A DNA stretch of 64,000 nucleotides, taken from positions 1 to 64,000 of the forward strand of contig CAUYUJ010000051.1 in the NCBI GenBank assembly GCA_963575745.1, in the 5' to 3' direction. Of this stretch, positions 10,560 through 24,143 are shown in pieces (position 1 is the stretch's first letter; each line of letters opens with the position of its first letter). The translations under genes and the position numbers were made by a program. The stretch is from Prorocentrum cordatum (taxonomy: Eukaryota). The notes beneath the pieces are model-generated. The model had not been told where the DNA came from and searched no databases. It saw only the letters and a list, made by a program, of their open reading frames with translations.

Positions 10560-13430
10560 GCTGCGCGTACGAATTGCCGCCAGGAAAATTCATTTAGCCA
10601 AGAGTGGGGCTAAATTTGACATGCCGCCCGCCGCCGCGCAAGCGACGCGTATCACCTTGGGTTGTCCAGTCTCCGCGTGGCCTGCCAACCTTTCTCGCGC
10701 ACCGGTCTGCTGCCGGTCTGAATTTTCCAGGACAGAAGGTGGCCTTCCTGAGGAGGCTCCGTTCTGACTTCCGGTGTCCTGGCGACTTTGCCAGGTCTGA
10801 GAAGCTGCTGTCGTGCCACTGTATCTGTCAGAGGGGGTTGTCCCGTGCTGTCTGAAACAATTACGTTGCTCACTCTGGAACTGTATGTTGGCTCGATTCT
10901 CCATATGACGCGAAGACACCGGCAATGGAAGCCATCCAACCGCCTTCTCTCCGCATCATTCAACCACAAAGTCGATCAACCATACGTGAGCTTGTCAAGA
11001 ACAACGGCCTTGTAGACCTCAATTTTACTGTGCCTGCTTAAACCTGAATGTCGCCATGTCTTGGAGAGCCTGTCAAAATCGGCGCGCGCCGCGCCCAGGC
11101 GGCGACTGAGCTCCTTGCCTGCGGCGCCAGTTCCAGAAATCAAACCACCCAAGCAAATCATATTGTCTTGCGCTGGTATGACGTTTCCATTCGAATCCTG
11201 AATGCTGCTTGCGCATCTGACTTGCAGCAGTGGGAACTTGTCCAGGTGCAACTCCTTTTCCAGATCCCCGCTTCGTCCTTCCCAGGGTCAGTGTGTCGTC
11301 CGCGTGCAGCTGGACCGAGGGGGATCCACTGTCCCCCGAGTGCTCGGTGCTCTGCTGCAAGTAGGGAGACAGCGCCTTCGATGATTACTGTCATGGTCGT
11401 CGCCAACAGGAAGGGTGAGAGAGGGTATCCTTGCGACATCCTGGACGACTGCGGCCTCGAGGAAGAAGTAGCCCTCCAGTCCCGCACCTCAAAGAGTCTG
11501 TCGCTGTTAATCACCCTTATGACCTCCAACACGTGCTCGGGCAAGCCGAAGCGTCGCGGATTGCGTAGCATGGCCAACGGGTTGATGGAGTCGAAAGCTT
11601 TTTGCCGATCCAAGGCCAATACGTACACATTGCCTGATGATGTGCTAGGCACCAAGTCTATACGCCGACGGAGCGCAAACATTGCCTTTTGTGTCCCATG
11701 CTTTGATTGAACATCAAATTGCGATCCCGTCAGCCTGGATTTTGCTCCTGCCTCCACCAAGCGTCGGTGTAGCAAATACGCGAATACTTCTCCCAATCGC
11801 GAGAAGACTGATTGTTCGATACTTCGCACAATCGTATGTTTTTTCTTTTTTTGTGTATTGCTGGCCATCCTTGCGGCACCCTTCGCCCTTTCCAACAGTG
11901 GTTTGCAAAAGTCGTGATGCGTCGCAATGCCTTGTAGTCATCCGCAATTGCCTTTCAATTTTCTGGCGGGATGCCGTCTGGCCCAGGTGCTTTGCCATCG
12001 CGTAGCTTGCGCAAACATGCCCTGACCTCTCCGTCCGTGAAGTTGGCCAAATTGACCGGCAGCGCGTGTCCAAGGGCGGGTGCGTCGACAGCGTCGGCTG
12101 GACGCACGCCCCACTGCGCCGTCTCGAGGTATGTTGCCATGGAGTCTGGTCGGTCTTCGCTGTTGACTAATTCTCCTTGCAAGTTTCGGAGCCGCCCCTG
12201 CTTGGCGGACGGGATTTTCGGAGCTTCTGATATCATCCCAGGAACCAGTCGCCACCAAGCCTTCCAGCCATTTGGATTGACCTTCTCGTGCAGATTTCGT
12301 ACAGCTTTGTGCTTCTCCTTCTCCAGCACGGCGTTCCCGTCCACTCGAGCTTGCGCTTTTTCTTGGATGAGCTGCACTGTTCAGCCACTGATCCACGGTC
12401 GTCTGGGTTGGGGTGGTTCGTCAGGCAAGACCTCGGCTGCAGCCTCGATCGCGGCCGAGATGTTCAGCCAGGCGTCTTCGAGCACGTCAGTGGTGCCTGC
12501 GGCGTTCTCCGAGCAATTCTCCAAAAATGCCGTAACAAATTGACGTCGTCTACCAGGTGTTTGCAAACTAACTCTCTGTTTTCGACTGTGGTGTCGACGT
12601 GGATGAGAATGCTGACTGTCGAGGTCGATCTGGCAACATACTAGGAAGTGCCGCGTGGCCAGTGCTACTTCTCGGTGGTTTTCAACGGACACCACTCGGT
12701 CAAAACTTGCACCCGGCACGTGAAACAAATCGAGCAGCGCAAATTTGTTCGGCAGGACGGCTTTGTTGGGTGTTGTGCCGCTCTCCATGTATGTAAGTCC
12801 GTCAGGCACGTTCTGAAAAGTGTTGCTGATGCTGTACTGCTGCGCCGTGCAGAACTCCATCAAGAGGTCCCGGTTGGGCGACTCTTTTGTGTGCTTCTGC
12901 TCCAAAAGTGTACGGTCCAAGTGCATGTTCTTCGCATCGCCGTTGCTGGCCAAGCCAGGCGTTGAAGTCTCCAGCGATATATTTGAATCCATTCACCGAT
13001 ATGGCACTGAGCAGCTGAGCAGTTTTTCCAATTCCAGGTAGAACTGTAACCGCTCAGGTAGTGGTCGGAGGTTGTGCGGGGCGTAGCCAGTGATCAGCGC
13101 ATGCTTCCCCCCGCTTCCCCGGATCTTCAAGCAGGCGAGCCGGTCTGAATATTGCAAGAAGCCACAGATGGACGGTGCCACGTGGGACGCAATGGTAAAA
13201 TCCACTCTCGATCTAGGTTTGTCAGTGCTGCCTGGATTTTCCGAGCCCGACAAAATGATAAGGCGCCCATCGTTTGTGTAGTAGTCTGCTTTCGAAGCCT
13301 ATGTTTCCTGGAGGCAGAGAAATTCGATATTGCTTCGCAAAGTATGTAAAGTTTCTCGTCGGTTAACTCGGTGACGTTCCATGTGGCGATTCTGACGTGC
13401 CATCTTTGTGCAATCAAGGCTCCATGTGGG
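10560..13430 (-). pseudogene. ORF2 (AP endonuclease-reverse transcriptase), disrupted
   Basis: Motifs are in colinear order but spread over several reading frames. Confidence 0.88.
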
Positions 13431-13495
13431 CGCGGGCATCCCAACGGCGCTGAAAAACGATTGGGTGAAACAGTGCCCTCGCCCTCCGGGCCCCG

Positions 13496-14567
13496 TCAAT
13501 TCTTCCCTTTCTTCCTTTTCCCTTTTCCCATGTCAGTGTCACGGGACTGTGCTTCCTCGCAGAACGTGCTGAGCTCGATGAAAGCCGCATCGTTTTGGAG
13601 GTCAGCCCAATTCTCCCATTCTGCACTGTGCCATGTGAGTTTGAGCACACATCCGACAGAGCAGACTGATAAGATGTGCTCGCCCCCGGCGTGCATGGTG
13701 AGCTTCTCGTCGTCAATCTGGACGGCGTGTTTTTGAAGCCCATTGCACCAGAAGCCGTTTCAGGCCAGATAGCATCCGGATCGGGATCCTAATAGAGGCT
13801 GGCTTATCTTGACGTGCCCATATTTTTGTGTTCTTGTAATACATTAGTGAAGCTCGTAACGTGCGCAGCACTGCCTCTATATCTTTGTCTTCGTTCATCT
13901 TTGCGAAGACAATGCCTTTGTAGATATCACCTTTCATGTAGATGTCACTCGTCGCTGGCATGTTTGACTTAGCCATCTCTTGTTTTAGAAATTCGACTGC
14001 CCCTTCCAGCGACGCCAGTTCCCCCAAGCTCCCGAGAACAACCGTCTCACTTGCCCGCTGTGGGGCGTGGCGTAGGTCTGCAAATAGGTGGTTCAAAGCT
14101 CCGAGGTGTGCCGTCCGGATAGATGCTGGTCGCGAGGGGTCAGTTTCGATAGCAGCTACTCGCGTTTCCAGATGTTCCAACGAAGCCTTCAACGGTGACG
14201 CGGCAGCTTGAAGATCACGTTGAGAGACTCCGTGGGTTTTGATGGCCGCGATGTCCATCTGAATAGGCTTCAGGAGCTTCTGGATCGCGTCTAGCGTTGC
14301 CGGCATGCTTGAAGATGCCCTTGTAAGAGCACGTTCATATTGCAGTTGACGTGCTGCTGGGAGACCTTCGGGAGCCGGTTCTGTAATCCCGTCCATCTCA
14401 TTCAGCGGGTTGTCAATCCTTATTGCCTTTGGTTTGTGCTTGCCTGGTGTTGGGTTCGACGATGGCGAAGCAGGTGGAAGACGGCCGTCACTGAACAGCT
14501 GCCTGACAGGGGTGCCTGGCACGCGCGCGTCTCCACTTGCACCCGAAGTAGACATCGCTGCAGGCAT
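13496..14567 (-). pseudogene. ORF1 of the non-LTR element (284-aa frame plus frameshifted tail ending MGKGKRKKGKN)
   Basis: ORFs 13713-14567 and 13496-13696 lie directly upstream of the APE domain; coiled-coil-like segment LEHLETRVAAIE. Confidence 0.7.
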
Positions 14568-14735
14568 GCGCGTGCGAGATGGTAGGATGAAAGGAACGTA
14601 AGGTAAGAGAGGATGCAGGTGCGAGCCAGGTGTGGTCGGTGAAAAGTTATATGCTTGATGTGATCCAATTTAGGGGTTTGGCGGGCCGGAAAGCGAAGCT
14701 ATAGGCCCAATATGGTTTGAGCCCAGTGTCTTACG

Positions 14736-15566
14736 ATGATGATGCTGACGATGACTTTGAATATGCTATAGCGCAATCTGAACCGCTATGATTCGATATG
14801 GCATGCTACAACATGTTGTTGTTAGTCACGATGATGAGATGATGATGCTACTGATGATGTTGATGCCGATGCTGATGATGCTGACGATTATGCTGATGAT
14901 GGTGATGATGCTGATTCTGATGGTGATGATGATGCTGACGATGATAACGATGACGACGATGATGATGCTGATGCTGTTGATGACAATGATGATGCTGATG
15001 CTGCTGCTGCTGATGATGATGCTGATGATGAAGATGACGATGCTGATTACGCTGATGATGCTGATGATGGTGCTGCTGATGCTGATGATGCTGATGATAT
15101 TGCTGATGACGATGATCATGATGATGATGATGCTGATGCTGATGATGATGACGATGATGCTGATGATGCTGATGATGCTGATGATGATACTGATTGATGA
15201 TGCTGCTGATGATGATGGTGCCGATGCCTTTGCTGATGCTGATGACGACGATGATGCTGCTGCTGGTAACGACGATGCTGATGATGCTGGTGCTGATGAT
15301 GCTGATGATGCTGCTGATGCTGATGATGCTGCTGGTGATGATGATGCGTATGATGGCGATGGGGAGACGGAACAGGATGAGGAGGAAGAGACGGAGGAGG
15401 AGGAGGAGGAGGAGGAGGAGGAGGAGTTGGAGGAGGAGGAGGAGGAGGAGCATCGTTCCTACCCGTGCTTGCGCCGAGGTTTGCGAAGGTGAAGGGCTTG
15501 ATCCAGGACTGTCGCTCCTGCGGGCCCCATGGCCAACGCGCCTTCGCCGCAGGGTGTGTGGAGCAA

Positions 15567-15620
<54 letters not shown>

Positions 15621-16121
15621 GTAATGATGATGCTGATGATGCTGATGACGATGATGATGATGCTGATGATTGTGATGATGATGATGCTGTTGATGCTGAT
15701 TATGATGATGATGATGATGATAATCACGACCATGATGCTGATGATGATGGTGGTGATGATGATGATGTTGATGATGATGATGACAATGAAGCTGATGCTG
15801 ATCATGATGCTGATGATGATGATGATGATGATGATGATGACAATGATGCTGATGCTGATTATGATGCTGTCGTTGTTATTGTTGTTGATGATTGTGATGC
15901 CGATGATGATGATGATGATGATGATGCTGATGATGATGCTGATGATGATGATGATACTGCTGCTGATGATGATGATGATTATGATGATGATCATGATGCT
16001 GATGATGATGATGATGATGATGCTGATGATGATGATGATGATGGTAATGATGATGTTGATTATGATGATGATGCTGATGATGATGATGCTGATGCTGATG
16101 CTGATGCTGATAATGATGATG

Positions 16122-16170
<49 letters not shown>

Positions 16171-16215
16171 AGGAGGATGAGGAGGAGGAGGAGGAGGAGG
16201 AGGAGGAGGAGGAGG
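14736..16215. repeat. Cryptic (GAT/GCT/GAC)n and (GAG)n trinucleotide tracts surrounding exon 6
   Basis: Direct inspection. Confidence 0.95.
15479..15506 (+). CDS. Coiled-coil protein exon 6 (P-FAKVKGLIQ)
   Basis: gAG acceptor, GA donor at 15507; completes the motif DPFAKVKGLIQDMI. Confidence 0.85.
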
Positions 16216-17306
16216 AGGGAGGATGAGGAGGGTCATCCTTCTTCTCCCCATCTCATCCCCCCCTTCCTCTTTCTTTCTCCTCTCCCCTCCACGGTATCCT
16301 CTTGCTTCTCCACTTTACCTGTGACCTCTTTGTGCACATCCTCCCCTTCCTCCTGCTGCTCCTCCTTAGCCTCCTCTTTTAGCCTCCTCTTTTCCTCCCT
16401 CCTCTTTTCCTTTCTCTCTCTCTCTCTCTCTTTTCCGTCTCCTTCCCTTCCCTTCCCTCCCCTCCCCCTCCCCCTCCCCCTCCCCCTCCCCCTCCCCCTC
16501 CCCTCCCCCTCCCCCCTCCCCCCTCCTCTTTCACCTCCTCTCCTCCTCCTCCTCCGCCTCCTCCTCCTCCTCCTCCCCCTCCTCCTCCTCCTCTCTTCTT
16601 CCCCCGGCGTCGCGGGCCTCTGCCGCGGAGGCTCTGTAGGTGGGAGCCAGGGCATCCCCCCCTACGCTTTCTGCTGCGGACCCTGGGGCACGGAGCGGGC
16701 CTCGGGAGGCCCCAGATGCCAGGTATTTGAGCCTTCTTTCTCCATCGATTCGGGCAAGTTTACTTGTGGCGTTCGCTCCCTCCTCACCCCTCCACCCCCT
16801 CGCCCCTATTCAAACGACTACTGGCGTGCAAGTGCCTTTCGACTTGCGTGATCTCCGCACGTGCCAGTCGTTTGCGGCGCAGTTCAGTTTCAGCCCCCCC
16901 GCCCATGCAAGTAACTTTGCTGGAGTCTAAAGCAGAACACGTTCTTTCTTTTCACGCAGGAGGAGGAGCAGGAGGAGGATGGGGAGGAGGAGGAGGAGGA
17001 GGAGGAGGAGGAGGAGGAGGAGGAGGAGGAGGAGGAGGATAAGGAGGAGGAGACGAGGAGGAGGAGGAGGGCGAAGGAGGAAGAGGAGGGGGAGGAGGAG
17101 GAGGAGATCCGGGTGGCCGAGGAGGAGGAGGAGGAGGAGGAGGAGGATGAGGAGGATGAGGAGGAGGATGAGGAGGAGGATGAGGAGGAGGAGGAAGAAG
17201 GGGAGGAGGAGGAGGAGGCGGATGAGGTCTGGGTGGCCGTAGTGACGCCGCGTCCCGTCCCCGCCGCTGCCGCCTCGGCGCGCGCTTCGCGCGCGTCCTG
17301 TGGCAG

Positions 17307-17333
17307 GACATGATCGAGAAGCTGGAGTCCGAG
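17307..17333 (+). CDS. Coiled-coil protein exon 7 (DMIEKLESE)
   Basis: cAG acceptor, GC donor at 17334, in frame. Confidence 0.85.
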
Positions 17334-18341
17334 GCCCGAGCGTGGGCCGAGGAGGGTGAATGGAGACCGCTGGAAGCCACATGGCTGCTCCCGTCGGAGG
17401 GAGATGGATATGCTTGAGGTGGAGGGTTTCTCCGAAGGGCTTAGGCGACCTCTTCTCCTCCTCCGAGGAGGAGGAGGCGGAGGAGGAGGAGGAGGAGGAG
17501 GAGGAGGAGGAGGAGGAGGAGGAGGAGGAGGAGGAGGAGGAGGAGGAGGAGGAGGAGGAGGAGAGACGAGGAGGCGGATTAGGGGCAGGACGACGAGGAG
17601 GTCGGCGCGGTGGGGCTGGGTGGCCGCGGCGGTGCCGCCCGGCGGCCGCAGCGGCCGCCGCGCTCCCCGCCAGCGCTGGCGCGGAGTGCCGCGCGCCCTC
17701 TGCCTCACCGAGCGCGTTCCACTACTCGCACAGTGCCTGCTCGCAAACGCCGGAAGAAAGATACGCGCTTGCCTCGATGCCATGGATCGCAAGTCCCCCG
17801 CGGCGGATCCAGGCGATTTGCGAGTAGCTCCTTCTGCGAGTCGTGGAGCGCGCGCTCGCCCAAGGCCAGAAGGTTTCGGACGTCTTCTCGCCTCGGTCCG
17901 TATTGTTCAACTCGGCGAAGGAAAATCAGCATGAACACAAAGTTTTGGCGCTCCGCGCGGACTTCCTGGATCCGCGCCGGGGCCCCCTGGCGGCGCCTCA
18001 GGGGGCCGCCCCTGGCGCGCTCCGGTACAGCGCAGATCCAAGACACCGTCGAAAGTTGATGTTTATGCCGTTTTTTTTGTTCTCTCTTCTTTGTTTTATT
18101 TTGAATTTTCTTCGAATTAACGGATCCCCATCCCCATCCCCATCCCCATCCCCATCCTGAGTCCCTCTCCCGCCAACCCAGTTGGGGATGGGCCCCTGCA
18201 AGCCCGAAGGGAGCAGCCCATACATCCTCACCTGGGGGAGCTCGTCGGCCCGCGGCGCCCAGGCCGCGCCCCCTGGGCCCGAGCTGTGGCCCGAGCCTGG
18301 CCCGAGCTGTGGGCCGCGGCCCCGGTGCTCTCCGACCCCAG

Positions 18342-18395
18342 GCCGGCGCCGACGCGAAGCACAAGGCCTACTGCGACAAGGAGATCGCGTACGCG
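18342..18395 (+). CDS. Coiled-coil protein exon 8 (AGADAKHKAYCDKEIAYA)
   Basis: cAG acceptor, GA donor at 18396; contains the HKAYCDKE motif. Confidence 0.85.
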
Positions 18396-20419
18396 GACCC
18401 AGAGGGGCGGGCGGGGGGGAAGTCTGGAGGGTTTCTCCGAAGGGCCTAGGCGACCCGTCCTCCTCCTCCTTCCTCCTCCTCCTCCTTCCTCCTCCTTCCT
18501 CCTCTCCTCCTCTTCCTCCGTCTCCTCCTCCCTCATCTCCCCCTCCCCCTCCCCCTCCCCCTCCTCCACCTCCTCCTTCTCCTCCTCGGGTCGTCTACGG
18601 CCCCGGGGGAAACTGTGCAGGGAAGCTCTCTCTTGGTTCACCCAGCAGGGTGTCCAGCGAAAAGGGGGTGGTGCAGTAGGTTTGGTGCCACAGAATATGT
18701 GGCTACAACAGATCTGGGGCGTGCAATACCTTCTGGTGCGCAAGCGGGTTGCTGGACTGTCGCGTGCCATACATTCGTTGCAATACAGTGTGATACCACT
18801 CTCTGGCGCAGTGCACCTGCAATTACGGCTGCCCCAGATCTATTGCACCCACCCCTTCCAGCAGGACCCCCTCTCTCACCACCCACCAAACCACCCCAAC
18901 CCAACCCGAAGGCTCAGATTTGCCCTCCATTTCCAGTGGGGGGGGTGTCGCGGAACATCGAAAAAACACGTATGGTACCCTTACCCCCCCCAACCCGAAA
19001 TTCGGGCCTTCGGGTTGGGTTGGGGTGGTTTGGTAGGTAGTCACTCTCGGGTCGACCAGATCCCCCGACGCGCCCGCGCTCGGGTTTCCGGGCCAGGCGC
19101 GCCCGGGGCGAGGGTCCGCCCGTTTTTGCGGACCGCGCGCCCGCGCGCGTGCGCCGGCTCTGCCCCATGCGGGCTCGGCCGGGGGGGCTGCCGCAGAGGT
19201 GGAGCCGCGGGCCCGCGGTGGGCGCGTCGGGGGCGTCGCGCACGCGCGCGGGGGCTCCTCCTCCTGCTCCTTTCCTCCTCCTCCTCCTCCTGCTCCTTTC
19301 CTCCTCCTCCTCCTCCTCCTCCTCCTCCTCCTCCTCCTCCTCCGTTGCCAGCTGCTGGCATCGTGCCGCTCGGCCGGGGCGCGTGCGCGTGCGCGGGGGC
19401 CCGAGGCTCTGGTTGACCCAGGAGGGAGACCAGCTGCAGGGGGGGGGGCAAAATAGACTTGTGGGTCGCGACAGGTCTGTGGGTCGCAGTGGACCTGGGG
19501 CGTGCAATACTACGTTCCTGGGCGTAGATGTATATAGCTGGATTTTTGCGGACAGTGCGCCCGTTGCAATACAATGCAATACAATTCTTTTCTCCGGCGC
19601 GATACATGTGCAATTGCGATTGCCCCAAATCTATTGCAACACCCCCTTTTAGCTGGACCCCCTCTAGGGTCAACCAAAGAGACTGACAACAGGCGGGGGG
19701 CGAGATCGGGGAGGGATGATTGTGCACCACGTCGACGGGCCTGGCTCGGCGCAGGGTGATCTTCGGGACGAGGTCCCAGCAACGTCCTACTATGAGATCG
19801 CTTCGCACATCCCGCCAGCCCAGTGCTGGTATGGGTCACGGGCTGCGGCCCACAGGCCGCGAGAGATGCGGTCGGGGATTTGTGCACAGCGTGTCACGGC
19901 GGCGGCCCCGGCGACACGCTGGCCCCTTCCAAGCGGATAGCGTCGCTGACACGCTGGCCCCTTCCAAGCGGATAGCGTCGCTCCGCTCCGCAGGGCGGCA
20001 TACTCGGAAAGGCTCGGGACGTTGCCGCTCGGGGGCCGGGAAGTGGATAGCGTGTCGCGCCGAAGCGCCTTTTGGGCCGAAATTGGCGGAGCGGCACGCT
20101 GTCCAGAAGTTCCCGACCGTAGTCGCATCATGAGATGAGATGCCGTGTTAGCGTGTGTCGCAGGCACTTGCCTGCGTGCTCGCGAGGGCTGAGAAGGCCG
20201 TCTAGGAGCCACTCAGGAGCTATCTTGGATCACCCTGGGCTCTCTGGGGGCTTCCCCCCTTCGAGGGGTGCACGGCCAGAATGGATAAAGTGAGGGCGTG
20301 TTTCGATTGCATTTTGTGGCAACGTGAGGAGGAGGATGCAGCGGAGGAGGATGAGGATGATGATACGGACGAAGAGGGGAACGAGGAGGAGGCGGAGGAG
20401 GAGGCGGAGGAGGAGTCCT

Positions 20420-21110
20420 TGTGGAGGCCTCTCGGGGTCTGTTACGGGGCTTCTTGGAGTCTCTTTGAAGCCTCGGAGGAACCTCTTGAGATGGTTTGGA
20501 AGCGTTCTGAAAGGCTCTGGGATCTTTTGGGAGGGGTCTTTCTTGGCTTCTTAAAGCCAGCGCGCCACCTTGCGTGGGTTGTGGGTCAGATGCCTCTTGG
20601 ATGCATCTTAGTGTCTCTTGGGATGTCTCTCGGGGGCCTCTTGGAAGGCTTTTGGGAGCCTCTTGAGAGCTTTTTTGGGGCCTCTTGGGGGCTTCTTGGT
20701 GGCCTCTTGGGTCCTCTCAGCGGCTTCTTTGGGGCTTCTTGGTGGCCTCTTGGGGTCTCTTAGTGGCCTCTTCGGGGCGTCTTGGGAGCCTCCTGGAAGC
20801 CTCTTGAGGCGTCTCGGAAAACGATTCGGGGCATGTTGGGGGTCTTGGGAATCAGATCGGAGGGAAAGGCTTCGCAAGCCCCCTTGCTCCCCCCTCTTGG
20901 GCTCGTCTTTGGGCCTTCTTGGGGCCCTCTTGGGAAGTCTTTTGGGACTGTTGGGCCGTCTCGAGGCCCTCTTTCGCCGTCTTGGGGGCCTCTGGGCCCG
21001 TCTTGGAGCGATCTTCGGGGCCTCCTTGGGCCGTCTTCCAATGCTGGAAGGCCGACAAGCCAGGAACGCTGTGATTTCTGGAAAATATTCCGACGGTGAG
21101 ACCCCGCATA
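20420..21110. repeat. Dispersed GGCCTCTTGG(G)-rich repeat family (also about 38470-39060 reverse, 50830-51350, 53570-53720, 54770-55390 and 56305-57060)
   Basis: Degenerate ~11-bp subrepeats with shared terminal blocks. Confidence 0.8.
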
Positions 21111-21289
21111 GCAATCTCCCAGACTTAAACAGAAGTAAACCTCATCTTCGTCCTTCTGAGATCAGGGGCTCGCTTCTCGTCTCCTCGTCGCCCTTCTCAT
21201 TTTCGCCCTGGAGGAGGTCATCTTCCCGCCCCCTGCCCTGCCTCCTCCTCGTCCTCTTGCCCTCTAGCAGGGCCACGCAAGTCGATATT

Positions 21290-22560
21290 CCTTGGCGCCG
21301 TTGCTGCCGCTGCCAGCATGGGCGCGTTCTCCGATGGCCAGATCGCGAAGCCGCTGGAGCAACCCGCGGGCCAGGCCGTTGGGACAACCTCGCGAGCCGC
21401 TGGGGCACGGGAACAAACCATTGGGACAACCCCGCGGGTCTCGAGCTAGTCGCGGCCGCGCTCAGGCGGGAGGCAGCGCGAAGCCCAGCTCTGCCGCGAG
21501 CTGCTCCGCCTTAGCCGTGGAGCTCTCCGTTCTCTGTTCGAACTCCCTGAACGCCTCCCGCGCGGAAGCCGGCAGCCCGGGCTCCAGGAACTCGTCGCGT
21601 GGGCGGCCGCACGAGCAGCGTGTTCCGCATGCGCGCGGCACGGGAGGAGGACGTAGAGGTGCAACCGCCAGTGCTCGTGCGACGTGCCCGCGCGACCAGC
21701 GTTGTCACCTTGGGTGCAGTCGACGGTCGGCCCTTGCGCAGCGCCTGGCCCTGCGACGGCGCGAAGTTGAGGTTTCGGCGCGGTTGGAGCCGAGGGCGTT
21801 TAGATTCCCCCCCACAATTTCGACGGTAGGACCCCGCACGATCGTCTATTGAGCGTGCCCCTCTGCCGCCCTGGCGGAGGCCTTCACGTCCATTTCTTCT
21901 CGTCGTCGTCGTCGTCGTCGTCGTCGGCCTCCCCCTCCCCTTCCCTCTCCTCCTCCTCCTCCTCCTCCTTCTCCTCCTCCTCCTTCTCCTCCTCCTTTTT
22001 CTCCTCCACCACCTCTTCGTATTTTCCTCCACCTCCTCCATCTTCCCCGCCCCATCTCCATCCCGCCAGTTTGCCTCATTATCCTTCCTTCTGGCCGGGG
22101 CGCGTGTGTAGATTTTGTTCGGCGCCTTTGCCGCCATTGCCGGACGCGTCTTTTTATTGCCAGATCGCGAAGACGTTGGGGCAGTCCCGCGTGGGAGGTC
22201 GTTAGGACAACCCCGCGAGCCGCTGGGGCGCGGGAGCCGTCCGTTGGGGCAACCCCGCGGTCTTCGAGCTCGTCGCGGCCGCGTTCAGGCAGGAGGCAAC
22301 GCGAAACCTAGCTCTGCCGCGAGCTGCTCCGTTTCAGCCCTGGGAGCCATCGTTCTCTTGTCGAATTCTTCGAGCGCCTTCCGCAGGAACGCCGTCGTCC
22401 CTCGCTTCAGGAACTCTTCGCGCGGGCGGCCAGAGGATCAGCGTGTTCCGCATGCGCGTGGCGCGGGATAGCATGACGTAGAAATGCAGCCGCCAGTGCT
22501 CGTCCGACATGCCCGTGTGACCAACGCCTTCGTCCCTGGCGCAGTCGATGGTGACGTTTT
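21290..22560 (-). mobile_element. Two minus-strand copies of the helicase-end element (about 21290-21775 and 22120-22560)
   Basis: Translations such as VTIDCARDEGVGHTGMSDEHWRLHFYVMLSRAT, plus the GGGACAACCCCGCG repeats. Confidence 0.75.
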
Positions 22561-22889
22561 TTTTTCCCCCCACATCCAAAGTGGGGTTCTTGTTTTCTCT
22601 GGACACCCCGCGCAGGAACAGGAACAGGAACACACACACACCCACTCACACCCACTCACACTCTCTCATCATCAACCTCATCAGCATCATCGATGATGCT
22701 CTCTCACATGCTTAGTCATTCACATACTCATCATCATCATCATCATCATCATCACTCGCACTCTCTCACACGCTCACGAACATCATCATCATCACCATCG
22801 GCATCGGCATCATCCTCATTCAAACATCATCATCGCCACCACTCATCTTCACCACCACTCATCATCCTCATCCTCATCATCGTTGAGTA

Positions 22890-23710
22890 AATTGTGAGGA
22901 AGTCTCAGGCGGGAGCCCCCTCCCTATGGGGCCCGCAGATCATGTTGGTAATCCGAGCGGGTCATCGGGATCCTGTAACTGTCGTCACTTTTGAGCTCCC
23001 AGGCCTGAAATGGAGGAAGTCTCAGGCGGGAGCCTCGTCTGTGAGTGAATTGTGAGGAAGTCTCAGGCGGGAGCTCCCTCCCATGGGGCCCGCAGATCAT
23101 GTTGGTAATCCGAGCAGGTCATCGGAACCTGTAACTGTCGTCACTTTTGGGCTCGTCAAGCCTGAATGTGGAGGAAGTCTCAGGCGGGAGCCTCGTCTGT
23201 GAGTGAATTGTGAGGAAGTCTCAGGCGGGAGCTCCCTCCCCATGGGGCCCGCAGATCATGTTGGTAATCCGAGCGGGTCATCGGAACCCTGTAACTGTCG
23301 TCACTTTTGGGCTCCTCAAGCCTGAATATGGAGGAAGTCTCAGGCGGGAGCCTCGTCTGTGAGTGAATTGCGAGGAAGTCTCAGGCGGGAGCCCCCTCCC
23401 TATGGGGCCCGCAGATCATGTTGGTAATCCGAGCGGGTCATCGGAACCCTGTAACTGTCGTCACTTTTGGGCTCCTCAAGCCTGAATTTGGAGGAAGTCT
23501 CAGGCGGGAGCCTCGTCTGTGAGTGAATTGTGAGGAAGTCTCAGGCGGGAGCCCCCTCCCTATGGGGCCCGCAGATCATGTTGGTAATCCGAGCGGGTCA
23601 TCGGAACCCTGTAAGTGTCGTCACTTTTGGGCTCCTCAAGCCTGAATTTGGAGGAAGTCTCAGGCGGGAGCCTCGTCTGTGAGTGAAGTGCGAGGAAGTT
23701 TCAGGCGGGA
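22890..23710 (+). repeat. ~159-bp tandem satellite, about 5 copies, directly upstream of a helicase remnant
   Basis: Unit GAGGAAGTCTCAGGCGGGAG...CAGATCATGTTGGTAATCCGAGC... recurs near 22897, 23054, 23213, 23372 and 23531. Confidence 0.92.
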
Positions 23711-24143
23711 GATCGAGGCGCGGGCGCGGAGCTTGCTGATGTTCAGGCCCAGCGAAAGGGAGCTCACATGGCAGAGCTCGGGGGCGCACAGCGTGCGCCG
23801 CTCGGGGTTCACCCTGACGCACGCGTCCTACCTGACCTCCACGCTGTCGCAGGGCCAGACGCTGCGCAAGGGCGTCACCATCGACTGCGCGAGAGACGAG
23901 GACGCTGGCCGCACGGGCATGTCGGACGAGCAGTGGTGGCTGCACCTCTACGTCATGTTCTCCCGCGCCACGTGCATGCGGAACATGCTGATCCTGCGGC
24001 CGCCGCCGCGAGAGTTCCTGGAGTGCGGGCCGCCGGCGTCCCTGCGGAAGGCGCTCCTGGAGTTCGACAAGAGAGCGGTTTTGTCCAGGGCGGAGGCGAA
24101 GCAGCTCGCGGCAGAGCTGGGCTTCGTGCTGCCTTCCGCCTGA
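23707..24143 (+). pseudogene. C-terminal fragment of a Pif1-family (Helitron/Helentron-type) helicase
   Basis: RRSGFTLTHASYLTSTLSQGQTL (motif V-like), VTIDC and HLYVMFSRAT (motif VI-like); no N-terminal part present. Confidence 0.75.

Larger units (their letters stand above)
10495..14735 (-). mobile_element. Degenerate, apparently full-length non-LTR retrotransposon (ORF1 plus APE-RT ORF2)
   Basis: APE motifs RIATWNV, GYAP and IAGDFNA; RT motifs KAPGPDGIP, YRTISLL, LDRQKAFDS, QGYPLSPFL and LHADD; C-terminal LDGFHCRCLR; multiple frameshifts. Confidence 0.92.

Noticed and set aside
14788..16180. Long poly-Met/Asp/Ile/His ORFs, also at 31344-34313 and 58453-59805
   Set aside because: Artefacts of stop-free trinucleotide repeats
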